Positions 1-8,910 of a stretch of 34,394 nt of DNA are shown here, piece after piece. Source of the DNA: an uncultured Bacilli bacterium. Lineage in GTDB: Bacteria; Bacillota_I; Bacilli_A; RF39; UBA660. The notes beneath the pieces are model-generated. The model was not told the DNA's origin. It saw only the letters and a list, made by a program, of their open reading frames with translations, and did no database searches. The stretch covers positions 1-34,394 of the forward strand of contig CALVOO010000003.1 of NCBI GenBank assembly GCA_944350305.1, given 5' to 3'. The stretch's first letter is position 1, and the number at the start of each line of letters is the position of its first letter. Position numbers and translations under genes: made by a program.

Positions 1-40
1 TCTTACAAATTTATTATATAACAAATTATCTAAACTAAAA

Positions 41-75
41 AGACTATTAACAAAATTTTACTTTGTCAACAGTCT
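41..75. repeat. Imperfect palindrome AGACTATTAACAAA-N7-TTTGTCAACAGTCT
   Basis: 14-bp arms with 2 mismatches (both G-U compatible on the minus strand), just beyond the hsp20 terminator. Confidence 0.6.
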
Positions 76-89
76 GATTAAAAAATATT

Positions 90-116
90 AAAAAATGCCA
101 ATAACTTGGCATTTTT
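90..116 (-). terminator. Intrinsic terminator of hsp20
   Basis: AAAAATGCCAA-taac-TTGGCATTTTT stem-loop with flanking A/T tracts at the stop codon. Confidence 0.8.
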
Positions 117-505
117 TAATCAATGTTTATAAGTTTTTTTGTTTCTTTTTCTTCAACTTTTGGAATGACAATTTTTAAAGTTCCGTTTTTAAATTCTGCT
201 TTTGTTTTTTCGGTGTCTACGTTACCAACATAAAATTGTCTCTTTATTTGTCCATAAGTTCTTTCTCTTCTAATGTAATTTTTATCTTTTTCTTCTTTGT
301 CTTCTCCTTTAGTAGCTTCTACTGTAAGGTAACCATCGTTTATGTCGATTGATATATCATCTTTGTTAAATCCTGGTACATCCATCTCAACATGATATTT
401 GTTATCTTTTTCGTAGATATCACATTTCATTGCATTATTTCTTCTTTCATCTAAAAGGTCATCAAAGAAATTATCAAGATAAAATCTTCCTGGCAATAAA
501 CTCAT
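116..505 (-). CDS. hsp20: Hsp20/alpha-crystallin small heat-shock protein
   Basis: MKCDIYE..Y.VEMDVPGF.K.DI, YIRRER.YG...R.F and AEFKNGTLKIVIPK motifs; RBS AAGGAGG; CIRCE upstream. Confidence 0.96.
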   Translation of the reverse strand: MSLLPGRFYLDNFFDDLLDERRNNAMKCDIYEKDNKYHVEMDVPGFNKDDISIDINDGYLTVEATKGEDKEEKDKNYIRRERTYGQIKRQFYVGNVDTEKTKAEFKNGTLKIVIPKVEEKETKKLINID

Positions 506-527
506 ATCTATCCCTCCTTACATTATA

Positions 528-569
528 AATATAACACTATTTTTAGCACTTGTCAACATTGAGTGCTAA
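528..569 (-). promoter_or_regulatory. CIRCE (HrcA operator) overlapping the sigma-A promoter of hsp20
   Basis: Minus strand TTAGCACTC-AATGTTGAC-AAGTGCTAA (569..543), 1 mismatch to TTAGCACTC-N9-GAGTGCTAA; -35 TTGACA (556..551), 17-bp spacer, TG-T-TATATT -10 (533..528). Confidence 0.93.
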
Positions 570-614
570 TTTTTTTTTTATTTTACGTTTTTATTTTATG
601 CAAAAAAAAGAAAA

Positions 615-857
615 CTATTCTTCAAAAAAGTCTCCTAACTTTATTTCTAACTTATCCGCTATTAATTTAAGTGTCTCAATTGATATAGTTGCCCTTACTT
701 TAGATGATTCTAAATTTTTAATATAACCATATGATAAATTGCATAGTTCTGCTAATTCTTCACCTGTTAGTCCTTTTTGTTTTCTGAACTTTTGTATATT
801 CTTTCCAACTATTGTATATATATTTCTAGTTTTGGGCTTTTCTTTGATATATACCAT
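615..857 (-). CDS. XRE/Cro-C1 family HTH transcriptional regulator
   Basis: GKNIQKFRKQKGLT.EELAE...LS..YI..LE....SIETL..IA..L pattern. Confidence 0.9.
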   Translation of the reverse strand: MVYIKEKPKTRNIYTIVGKNIQKFRKQKGLTGEELAELCNLSYGYIKNLESSKVRATISIETLKLIADKLEIKLGDFFEE

Positions 858-1050
858 TGCATTTCACCTATTTAATTTTCTCATAATTTTAACATTATTT
901 TGGTCACTTGATGTATGACTTAATTGCTAATTTTATTTATTGATTATTATTTTACCATTTTTTGGCAAAAATTTAATAATATTTATTAAATTATTATATT
1001 GTTTAATAATTAATGGTTTGATAAAATGTGGTTAAAGGAATGATTTTATT

Positions 1051-2097
1051 ATGCGCAAGAAGAAATTTTTGGAATTACTTAATAAAAAAATTGTAGATTG
1101 TGATGATATTCATAAGCAAAAATTATTGGATAAATATAATCAAAAAATTACTGTTAAAATGAGAAAATTATCTGAAAAGGACGCGGTTAGTTTATTTGAT
1201 TTAGACAAAATAGTAAAAAAAGAACTATTTATTTTAAAGGTTAAATTATTTTTTAAAAGGTTATTTAATGGTATATTTTCTTTTTTTAAGTTGATATTTT
1301 TAAAAATAAAAAATTTTTGTGAGATTTTATTTAAAAAATTAAGATTTAAAAAAAATAAAAAAGAAGTTAGATCTAAAAAAATAATTAACAGTGAACTTAA
1401 TTACGATAATAAAAAAGTTATTTGTAATAATCATTTTTTAATGTGTGTATTATCTATCTTGTATTTTTTAATGTTTATTGTGTTGTTTTTATTAGGAATT
1501 TTATTTTTTATTAATGTAATTGCTATTTTAGATGGTGTTAGGTTATTTAGTTTTATTTTAGCAACTGTTTTTGTTATTTTATTTGTCATTATGATTTTAT
1601 TGATTTTGAATTGTATTTTAAAGGGTAAAAATGTTGATTTTAAAAGTTTTATGGTATATCCAATTATTCTACTATTTTTATTAGGCTGTAGTGTTGGTTA
1701 TGTTTTTTATGATATATATAAACTGGAAGAAATTGATGATTTATCAGAGTTATATACGATGTCTAATGAATCAAATGTTTTTGATTTATTAGATGATGAT
1801 GTTTTGGATATTGAATTTAATTCTAATTATGATAATAGGTATTTTATAAAATATGATGAGTCACTTGATAATCAAGTTAAAATAGTAGTAAATTATTATA
1901 GAAATTATTATGATTGTTTAATTAAGAAAAGCCGTAATGATATTTATATTTCTTTTCATGATAATAAACGGAATATTGTAAGTACTTTTATTGAAGGATT
2001 GCGTGAAAATAAAATATTAAACTTTGATGAATTGAAAAGACATAATATTACTATTTATGTTAATGAAAATGATAAGAATAAAATAAATGTATATTAA
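1051..2097 (+). CDS. Membrane protein with a DUF1700/HAAS-like N-terminus and a soluble C-terminal domain
   Basis: M.KKKFL..L..K...LLDKY...SEKDAV start, three to four hydrophobic segments, acidic C-terminal domain. Confidence 0.6.
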   Translation: MRKKKFLELLNKKIVDCDDIHKQKLLDKYNQKITVKMRKLSEKDAVSLFDLDKIVKKELFILKVKLFFKRLFNGIFSFFKLIFLKIKNFCEILFKKLRFKKNKKEVRSKKIINSELNYDNKKVICNNHFLMCVLSILYFLMFIVLFLLGILFFINVIAILDGVRLFSFILATVFVILFVIMILLILNCILKGKNVDFKSFMVYPIILLFLLGCSVGYVFYDIYKLEEIDDLSELYTMSNESNVFDLLDDDVLDIEFNSNYDNRYFIKYDESLDNQVKIVVNYYRNYYDCLIKKSRNDIYISFHDNKRNIVSTFIEGLRENKILNFDELKRHNITIYVNENDKNKINVY

Positions 2098-2099
2098 AT

Positions 2100-2127
2100 A
2101 AAAAACTCTAGAAAATCTAGAGTTTTT
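2100..2127. terminator. Bidirectional intrinsic terminator
   Basis: AAAAACTCTAGA-aaa-TCTAGAGTTTTT perfect inverted repeat. Confidence 0.88.
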
Positions 2128-2175
2128 GTGTTGTTGAACACATTTGTGAATATTTGTTCTTTTATCAAGAACATA
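2100..2175 (-). ncRNA. Candidate ~75-nt small RNA (three hairpins)
   Basis: Own promoter TTTACA(2207..2202)-17bp-TATAAT(2184..2179); hairpins 2155-2173 and 2127-2142, then terminator 2101-2127. Confidence 0.45.
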
Positions 2176-2260
2176 ATAATTATAAACAAAAAAGTTGTTT
2201 TTGTAAACAAATTTGTTTATAAATTTCTTTTTTTGCTAATAATTTATGAATTTTGGTAAT

Positions 2261-2284
2261 AAAAAAACAATTCTTATGAATTGT
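2261..2284 (-). terminator. Terminator of tRNA-Asn
   Basis: ACAATTC-ttat-GAATTGT stem followed by a U tract on the minus strand. Confidence 0.65.
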
Positions 2285-2296
2285 AATTATCATAGA

Positions 2297-2372
2297 TGGC
2301 GCCTGATGCAGGACTCGAACCTGCGACCTAACGGTTAACAGCCGTGCGCTCTACCGACTGAGCTAATCAGGC
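2297..2372 (-). tRNA. tRNA-Asn(GTT)
   Basis: GCCTGAT/ATCAGGC acceptor stem, D arm TAGCTCAGTCGGTAGAGC, anticodon loop CT-GTT-AA, GGTTCGAGTCC T arm, encoded CCA; 76 nt. Confidence 0.98.
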
Positions 2373-2383
2373 ATTGCATTAGT

Positions 2384-2412
2384 ATTATATTAAATCTATT
2401 TTACAAAGTCAA
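2384..2412 (-). promoter_or_regulatory. Sigma-A promoter of tRNA-Asn
   Basis: TTGACT-17bp-TATAAT on the minus strand. Confidence 0.8.
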
Positions 2413-2476
2413 CAAGTTTATTAAAAAAATTGTATTATTCTTATTTTTTTATTATAATATATTTGGTGAAATTAAT

Positions 2477-3430
2477 ATGAATGAGAATATGGAAGTTCTT
2501 AATTTAGAAAATATGAATTCTAAATTTAGTATTTTAGAGACTTATGGTGAAAATTTGTCAAAAAAAACGTATATTACTAATCCTGCAATTGGACGAGACA
2601 AAGAGATTGATGAAGTTATATTAATATTATTAACTCCGGAAAAAAGCGCTTTATTAACTGGAAAACCAGGAATAGGAAAAACTGCAATCGTTGAAGGTTT
2701 AGGCTATAGGATGCAAAAAGGTGATGTTCCTGATGCTTTAAAAAAATATGAATTAATAAAAGTTAATATTACTAGTTTGTTAGGCAATGCAGTTAGTGAA
2801 GGTAGAAACGAAAATAGATTGCAATTATTAGTAGATGAGTTGAAAGAAAAGTCAAATATTATTTTGTTTATAGATGAGGTCCATTTATTAGTTAGTAGAA
2901 ATACAACTAATCTAAATGTAGATTTTGCAAATATGTTAAAGCCCGGGCTGGATAGGGGAACAATTAAAATGATTGGGGCAACTACTACTGAAGAGTATGA
3001 ATATTATATTTTAAGAGATCGTGCGTTTTTAAGACGTTTTCAAAGAGTTGATGTCGTTGAACCTACACAGGAAGAAACAGTAGAAATTTTAATGGGCACG
3101 ATGCCTAAAATTGAAAGACAGACTGGTGTTTCTGTTAAATATACTGAATTTGTTAAAAAAAGAATTTGCGAATTTATTGTACAAATGACTGACGAATATA
3201 AGAGAATATATGAAATTGGAAATAGATATCCAGATATTGCTTTGGCTTTGCTAGGAAATGCCTTTTCGAATGCTGTATTTGAGAATATGAATGTTCTAAA
3301 AATACATCATGTATATAATGCTATTAAAAATACTAAAAATGTTTATGATGATGTTAAAGTAAAAGAATTGGTAAAATTTAAAGAATTTTTTAAAGATGTT
3401 ATTAGTGATGAAAATGCAAACTTAAATTGA
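2477..3430 (+). CDS. Stand-alone ClpA/B/C-type NBD1 AAA+ ATPase
   Basis: PAIGRDKEI, Walker A GKPGIGKT, Walker [37 protein letters not shown]; no N-domain or NBD2. Confidence 0.88.
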   Translation: MNENMEVLNLENMNSKFSILETYGENLSKKTYITNPAIGRDKEIDEVILILLTPEKSALLTGKPGIGKTAIVEGLGYRMQKGDVPDALKKYELIKVNITSLLGNAVSEGRNENRLQLLVDELKEKSNIILFIDEVHLLVSRNTTNLNVDFANMLKPGLDRGTIKMIGATTTEEYEYYILRDRAFLRRFQRVDVVEPTQEETVEILMGTMPKIERQTGVSVKYTEFVKKRICEFIVQMTDEYKRIYEIGNRYPDIALALLGNAFSNAVFENMNVLKIHHVYNAIKNTKNVYDDVKVKELVKFKEFFKDVISDENANLN

Positions 3431-3438
3431 GGAGTAAA

Positions 3439-4659
3439 ATGGCAAAAAAAGATATTTTTGAATTAATAGAGTGTGAAGTAAAACGTCAAAATAATAATGT
3501 AGAATTAATTGCATCAGAAAACTTTGTCTCCGTTGATGTAATGAAGGCTCAAGGAAGTGCATTAACTAATAAATATGCAGAGGGATACCCCGGTAAAAGG
3601 TATTATGGTGGCTGTGAGTTTGTTGATGAAGTAGAGAAAATTGCTTGTGAAAAATTAAAACAACTTTTTAATGTGAAATTTGTTAATGTACAACCCCATT
3701 CTGGAAGTGCCGCTAATATGGCTGTTTATAAGTCATTATTAAAGGTTGGGGATAAAGTTCTTGGTATGAATTTAAATGCAGGTGGACATTTAACTCATGG
3801 ACATTCAGTTAATTTTAGTGGTTTAGAGTATAATATTATTTCGTATGGTGTTGATAAAGATACTGAATGTATTGATTATGATGAAGTTGAGAGGATAGCA
3901 AGATTGGAAAAACCTAAAATGATTATTGCTGGTGCTAGTGCATATTCGCGTATAATTGATTTTAAGCGTTTTCGTGAAATTGCTGATAAAGTAGGTGCTT
4001 ATTTAATGGTTGATATGGCACATATTGCAGGTTTGATTGTTGCTGGTCTTCATCCTAATCCTTGTAAATATGCCCATGTTGTTACTAGTACTACACATAA
4101 AACTTTACGTGGTCCTCGTGGGGGGATTATTTTGACAAATAATGAAGAGATATCAAAGAAAATTGATAAGATGATTTTTCCGGGAATTCAAGGCGGACCT
4201 TTGATGCATGTGATAGCGGCTAAAGCTATTTGTTTTGCGGAAGCGCTTGATCCAAGTTTTATCGTTTATCAAAAGCAGGTAATTAACAATGCAAAAGCTT
4301 TATCTGAAAGGTTGAAATTGAGAGGTTTAAGAATTGTTACGGGTGGAACTGATAATCATTTGCTTTTAGTTGATGTTACATCATTGGGTATAAATGGAAA
4401 AGAAGCCGAAAAAATTCTGGAAGGTGTAAATATTACTTGTAATAAAAATAGCATACCTTTTGATACTGAAAGTCCGTATAAAACTAGTGGTATAAGGCTT
4501 GGCACACCTGCCATGACAACTAGGGGATTTAAGGAAACGGAGTTCGAATTTATTGCTGATTGTATAGTTGATGCTTTGGAAAATAGAAATAATGTTGAAG
4601 TTTTAAGCGATATAAAAAGCAAAATTTTAAACTTGTTAAAAAAGTTTAATTTATATTAA
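3439..4659 (+). CDS. glyA: Serine hydroxymethyltransferase
   Basis: [33 protein letters not shown] (PLP lysine), [13 protein letters not shown]; ATG at 3439 after GAGGAG. Confidence 0.99.
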   Translation: MAKKDIFELIECEVKRQNNNVELIASENFVSVDVMKAQGSALTNKYAEGYPGKRYYGGCEFVDEVEKIACEKLKQLFNVKFVNVQPHSGSAANMAVYKSLLKVGDKVLGMNLNAGGHLTHGHSVNFSGLEYNIISYGVDKDTECIDYDEVERIARLEKPKMIIAGASAYSRIIDFKRFREIADKVGAYLMVDMAHIAGLIVAGLHPNPCKYAHVVTSTTHKTLRGPRGGIILTNNEEISKKIDKMIFPGIQGGPLMHVIAAKAICFAEALDPSFIVYQKQVINNAKALSERLKLRGLRIVTGGTDNHLLLVDVTSLGINGKEAEKILEGVNITCNKNSIPFDTESPYKTSGIRLGTPAMTTRGFKETEFEFIADCIVDALENRNNVEVLSDIKSKILNLLKKFNLY

Positions 4660-4797
4660 AATTTATTTTTTGATAATTTAATGATTTATAAAAATGAATA
4701 TTTGTTATGCAATATTTATTTTTTTTTGTACAAAATATAGCTTTTGCTAATTTGAATGTATAAATTATTTTTGTTATATTTCATTTTGGGAGGTTTT

Positions 4798-5484
4798 ATG
4801 AAAAAATATTTGGTAATTAAAAATTTAAGAAAGCAAATTAGAGATAATGCTATTTTGCAAAATATAAATTTGCAGGTTAAAAAGGGCGAGATAGTAGGTA
4901 TCGTCGGTTTGAATGGTAGTGGTAAAACAACTTTATTAAAATGTATTTTGGGTTTTGTTAATTATGACGGTGGTATATTTATTGATGGGAAAAACGTTTT
5001 GTGTAATAAATTGCATAATTTTGGTTTTATTATTGAAAACCCGAATCTATATTTACATTCAAGTGGTTGGGATAACATTAAATTTTGGTCAAAGTTTTAT
5101 AAGAATGTTGATTTAAAATACGTTAAAAGTTTATGTGATTCATTTAATTTGGATTTAAGAAAAAAGGTTAATAAGTATTCATTAGGTATGAAACAAAAGT
5201 TAGCTATTATATTGTCGCTTATTAATAAACCTGAATTGTTATTATTGGATGAACCAACCAATGGTTTAGATATGAAAAATATTTTTCTTTTACGTAATGT
5301 TTTACTAACTTTAAAGGATACAACTATTTTAATTTCCTCACATGACATAAATGAATTGTGTAAAATTTGTAACAGGTTGATATTTATTAATAAAGGAAAA
5401 ATTGTTAAAGTTTTGGATAAATCTAGTTTTTTAGTTTATTCAGAAAGTGAATTAATTAATTTCTTGGAGAGTAATTATGCTTAA
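4798..5484 (+). CDS. ABC transporter ATP-binding protein (bacitracin/multidrug export type)
   Basis: GLNGSGKTT, YSLGMKQK, LLLLDEPTNGLD, ISSH; ATG at 4798 after GGAGG. Confidence 0.93.
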   Translation: MKKYLVIKNLRKQIRDNAILQNINLQVKKGEIVGIVGLNGSGKTTLLKCILGFVNYDGGIFIDGKNVLCNKLHNFGFIIENPNLYLHSSGWDNIKFWSKFYKNVDLKYVKSLCDSFNLDLRKKVNKYSLGMKQKLAIILSLINKPELLLLDEPTNGLDMKNIFLLRNVLLTLKDTTILISSHDINELCKICNRLIFINKGKIVKVLDKSSFLVYSESELINFLESNYA

Positions 5485-6436
5485 GTTTATTAGTATTTTA
5501 CTGACTAGAGAATTTAAAAAAATTTATTTTATTTTTTTTATATTGATTATTTTGTTTGTTTCTTTAATTGTTTGTTATTTTTCATATAAAGATTATAGTT
5601 TTAATAATCATCAAAATATTGTTGTTCAAAATAAATTAACTGAAGACGAATATTATGAAATATATTCTAATGGTTCCTATAATAATTATTTGCTTTATTA
5701 TGAATCTTATATCAAAGAAAGTATGAACAAAGTTAAATTATCGAATTTATTTAGTGATAATAATTTATTTTGTTTTGAAAATATTTATAAAGTTCAAGTT
5801 TTTTTATCCGTTTTCTCTATTGTTATTGGTTCTTCTATTTTGTTAAGTGAATATAAAAATGGTACAATCAAGTTGTTTTTAAATGTTGGTGCGTCAAGAT
5901 TTAAGGTTTTTCTTAGTTTTCTTATTTCTTGTATTTTTTTAATTATTATTTTAAATTTGATTTTATTTCTAGCTTTTACATTGTTTTTAATTATTTTTAA
6001 TAATTCTTTTGAGTTATTTAAATTAAAAGTACCGATTATTTTTAATGATGATGTTATTTATGTTAATTATTATTTAAAGTCTTTTCTTGAATTTATTCTT
6101 AATATGCTACCAGTTATATTTATTGGCTCATTTTCGTTCTTTATTTCTATTATATTTTTAAGTCAGTTGTTTTCTTTGTGTTTATCGTTTTTTTTAAATG
6201 TTTTTGGTTTAGTTGTTTTTCAGTGGTTACTTGAATATAAAATTCGTTTTTTAATGTATAGTTTTATTCCGTATTTAGATTATACTATTTTTGATGATAA
6301 ATTGAATATTGTTTTGTTTAATATTGAACATGGTACAAATTTATCGATATTTAATGGAAATGTTATGTTAATGTTATATTTTGTGATTGCATTTTTTGTT
6401 TCTTTGTGGTTTTTTTTGAAAAGAGACGTAAATTAA
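5477..6436 (+). CDS. ABC-2 type transporter permease
   Basis: About six TM segments, EYKNGTIKL motif, FLKRDV C-terminus; overlaps the ATPase gene. Confidence 0.85.
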   Translation: MLKFISILLTREFKKIYFIFFILIILFVSLIVCYFSYKDYSFNNHQNIVVQNKLTEDEYYEIYSNGSYNNYLLYYESYIKESMNKVKLSNLFSDNNLFCFENIYKVQVFLSVFSIVIGSSILLSEYKNGTIKLFLNVGASRFKVFLSFLISCIFLIIILNLILFLAFTLFLIIFNNSFELFKLKVPIIFNDDVIYVNYYLKSFLEFILNMLPVIFIGSFSFFISIIFLSQLFSLCLSFFLNVFGLVVFQWLLEYKIRFLMYSFIPYLDYTIFDDKLNIVLFNIEHGTNLSIFNGNVMLMLYFVIAFFVSLWFFLKRDVN

Positions 6437-6441
6437 AAGAG

Positions 6442-6891
6442 TTATAAAACTCTTTCGCATAAATCTTCGTATTTTTCGCCGTGAGGTATAATTTTAAATA
6501 TTCTTGTGTTTTCATCAATTATGTTAATTTTAATGTCTAGTCTATTTTTAGGTAAAATGTCTTCAATTAAATCAGACCATTCTATTATACAAACACCTTT
6601 TTTACTAAAATATTCTGTAATTCCAATGTCTTCTTTTATATCGTTTAATCTGTATACATCCATGTGAAATAATTTTATATCTCCGTCATATTCTTTAATA
6701 ATTGTAAATGTTGGAGAAGTAATATTTTCTTCTATTCCCATTGATGCAGCAAATGCTTTTGCAAATACGGTTTTACCACTTCCTAAGTCTCCTTGCAAGC
6801 AAATAACCATGTTAGGAAATTTTTCGCTCTCTATATTCTGAGCTAATTCTATAGTTTCTTCTTCGCTATTTGTTGTTATTTTGTATTCCAT
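6442..6891 (-). CDS. tsaE: tRNA t6A biosynthesis ATPase TsaE
   Basis: GDLGSGKT, TSPTFTII.EY, HMDVYRL, IIEW. Confidence 0.97.
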   Translation of the reverse strand: MEYKITTNSEEETIELAQNIESEKFPNMVICLQGDLGSGKTVFAKAFAASMGIEENITSPTFTIIKEYDGDIKLFHMDVYRLNDIKEDIGITEYFSKKGVCIIEWSDLIEDILPKNRLDIKINIIDENTRIFKIIPHGEKYEDLCERVL

Positions 6892-7025
6892 AAAATCACC
6901 ATAATTTTATTTTATCATTAAAAATATATAATAAACAATATATTTTTTATTCTTTACATATAAAGACATGTTATTCGCCTTTTCATAGTATAAAAGTCTA
7001 CATATTATACAGTGGGAGGTATATT

Positions 7026-7553
7026 ATGTATTTTGATGAAAGGGAAAATTTTTTGGATTATGTAGGCGAAGAAGTAAATAATTATATTAAGGTAGAAGAT
7101 GAAGAACATACTGAACTTAGTAATCATGAAAATTACCATTTTAAAAATAATAAGATTTATGATATTAATAATATAAGCATTAATAACTATAGGGCTAATA
7201 TGTCCAGTGATTTGAGTCTACCTAAAGATGCTTTAAATAAAGGCGGCATATTTAAAAATATTTATGATCCTTATAAAAACTATATTTATAAAGTTGTTGT
7301 TAGTGGTGAAAGGGATGAAATGTTATTAAAAATTCAAGAGTTAACTTTTGCTATGAAGGATTTAGGATTATATTTGGATGTTTATCCAAATGATGGTGAT
7401 ATTTTTGATAAGTTTAAGAATTATTCAAAAGATTTAGATAAAATTAAAAAAACTTACGAAGCAAAATATGGCCCACTAAATGCTTTTGAGATTGAAGGTA
7501 ATAAATATGATTGGTATATGAATCCATGGCCATGGGATAAAGGGGGTAATTAA
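7026..7553 (+). CDS. cotJB: Spore coat protein CotJB with a CotJA-like N-terminal part
   Basis: DLGLYLDVYP.D, YE.KYGPL, W...PWPW C-terminus; directly precedes cotJC. Confidence 0.85.
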   Translation: MYFDERENFLDYVGEEVNNYIKVEDEEHTELSNHENYHFKNNKIYDINNISINNYRANMSSDLSLPKDALNKGGIFKNIYDPYKNYIYKVVVSGERDEMLLKIQELTFAMKDLGLYLDVYPNDGDIFDKFKNYSKDLDKIKKTYEAKYGPLNAFEIEGNKYDWYMNPWPWDKGGN

Positions 7554-7554
7554 T

Positions 7555-8115
7555 ATGTTTAAATATGAAAAAATGTTAGAATATCCTGTGAATATTAGAA
7601 AAAAAGATTTGAGGATGGCAAAATTGTTAATGGCACAGTTGGGTGGGCCGGATAGTGAACTTGCAGCATCCTTAAGGTATTTCTGTCAAAGATATACTAT
7701 GCCTGATGCTAAAGGTAAAGCATTATTAACTGATATTGCAACAGAAGAATTTGGACACATAGAAATGATACAGACAATGGTTAATCAGTTAACAAAAGAT
7801 GCTTCATTGAAAGAATTAAAAGAAGCTGGACTTGATACATATTTTGTACAACATAAAAAGGGAATTTATCCTGCTGATGCAAATGGTGTACCATTTACTG
7901 CATCTTATTTTCAATCAACTGGAGATCCAATAGTCGATTTACAAGAAGATATGGCTGCTGAGGAAAAAGCAAGGGCTACATATGAAAACTTAATGGATTT
8001 GACAGATGATGCTGATTTATTAGCGCCGCTTAGCTTTTTAAGGCAAAGAGAAGTTGTGCATTTTAATAGATTTAAAGAGTTACATGATGAATATAAAAAG
8101 AATGGTTTAAAATGA
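7555..8115 (+). CDS. cotJC: CotJC / manganese catalase family protein
   Basis: MF.YEK.L.YPV, QLGGPD.EL.A..RY, DIATEE..H.E, EDMAAEEKAR, REVVH..RF. Confidence 0.95.
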   Translation: MFKYEKMLEYPVNIRKKDLRMAKLLMAQLGGPDSELAASLRYFCQRYTMPDAKGKALLTDIATEEFGHIEMIQTMVNQLTKDASLKELKEAGLDTYFVQHKKGIYPADANGVPFTASYFQSTGDPIVDLQEDMAAEEKARATYENLMDLTDDADLLAPLSFLRQREVVHFNRFKELHDEYKKNGLK

Positions 8116-8196
8116 ATTTAAGTACTATAGTTAATCTATAGTATTTTTTTGACTTAATGTGTTATATATTATATAATTTTTTTGTTGGTGAATTAT

Positions 8197-8910
8197 ATGT
8201 TAGAGTTAAAAGATATTTGTTATAAAATTGATAATAAAGATATATTAAAAGATATAAATATAGTAATTAAAAGTCACGAATTCGTTTTGATTACTGGACC
8301 TAATGGAAGTGGTAAGAGTACTTTAGTTAAAATAATCATGGGTTTGATTAAACCTACAAGTGGAAAAGTTTTGCTTGATGGAGTAGACATAACTGATAAA
8401 AGAGTGTATGAAAGGGCTAGACTTGGTATAACTTTTACGTTTCAAACGCCAGTTATTTTTAAAGGTTTAACTGTGAGAGATTTGTTGTGTATAAGTCGTG
8501 ATTATTATTATGATGATTATGTTGGAAGAGAATTGTTAAAGAAGGTTGGTTTATGTGCTCAAGAATATTTGGATAGAGAGGTTAACAATAGTTTAAGTGG
8601 TGGTGAATTAAAGAGGATTGAACTTGCTTGTGCTTTGGGAAAGCAGGGAAAATATATGCTTTTTGATGAACCAGAGGCCGGTATAGATTTGTGGAGTTTT
8701 GAAGATTTAACTAATATTTTTAAAGATGTAAAAAAATCAAAATGTAGTGGACTTGTAGTGATTTCTCATCAAGAAAAGTTGTTTAATATAGCGGATAAAA
8801 TCATTGTTCTTGAAAATGGTAGTATTATAGAATTTGGTAATAAAAATAAGATTAATAAGTATTTAAAAAATTCTAAGTGTGAGAAATGTATGAGGGATAA
8901 TAATGAATAA
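8197..8910 (+). CDS. sufC: SufC-like Fe-S assembly ATPase
   Basis: GPNGSGKST, ERARLGI...FQ.P, LSGGELKRIE, FDEPEAGIDLWS; coupled to a SufB/D gene. Confidence 0.85.
   Translation: MLELKDICYKIDNKDILKDINIVIKSHEFVLITGPNGSGKSTLVKIIMGLIKPTSGKVLLDGVDITDKRVYERARLGITFTFQTPVIFKGLTVRDLLCISRDYYYDDYVGRELLKKVGLCAQEYLDREVNNSLSGGELKRIELACALGKQGKYMLFDEPEAGIDLWSFEDLTNIFKDVKKSKCSGLVVISHQEKLFNIADKIIVLENGSIIEFGNKNKINKYLKNSKCEKCMRDNNE

Noticed and set aside
2148-2159. GAAT-ATTT-GTTC as a LexA/SOS box
   Set aside because: Mismatch to CGAAC-N4-GTTCG and no SOS gene downstream; better explained as part of the candidate sRNA
2200-2300. Integrated element at tRNA-Asn
   Set aside because: No duplicated tRNA 3' end and no integrase nearby
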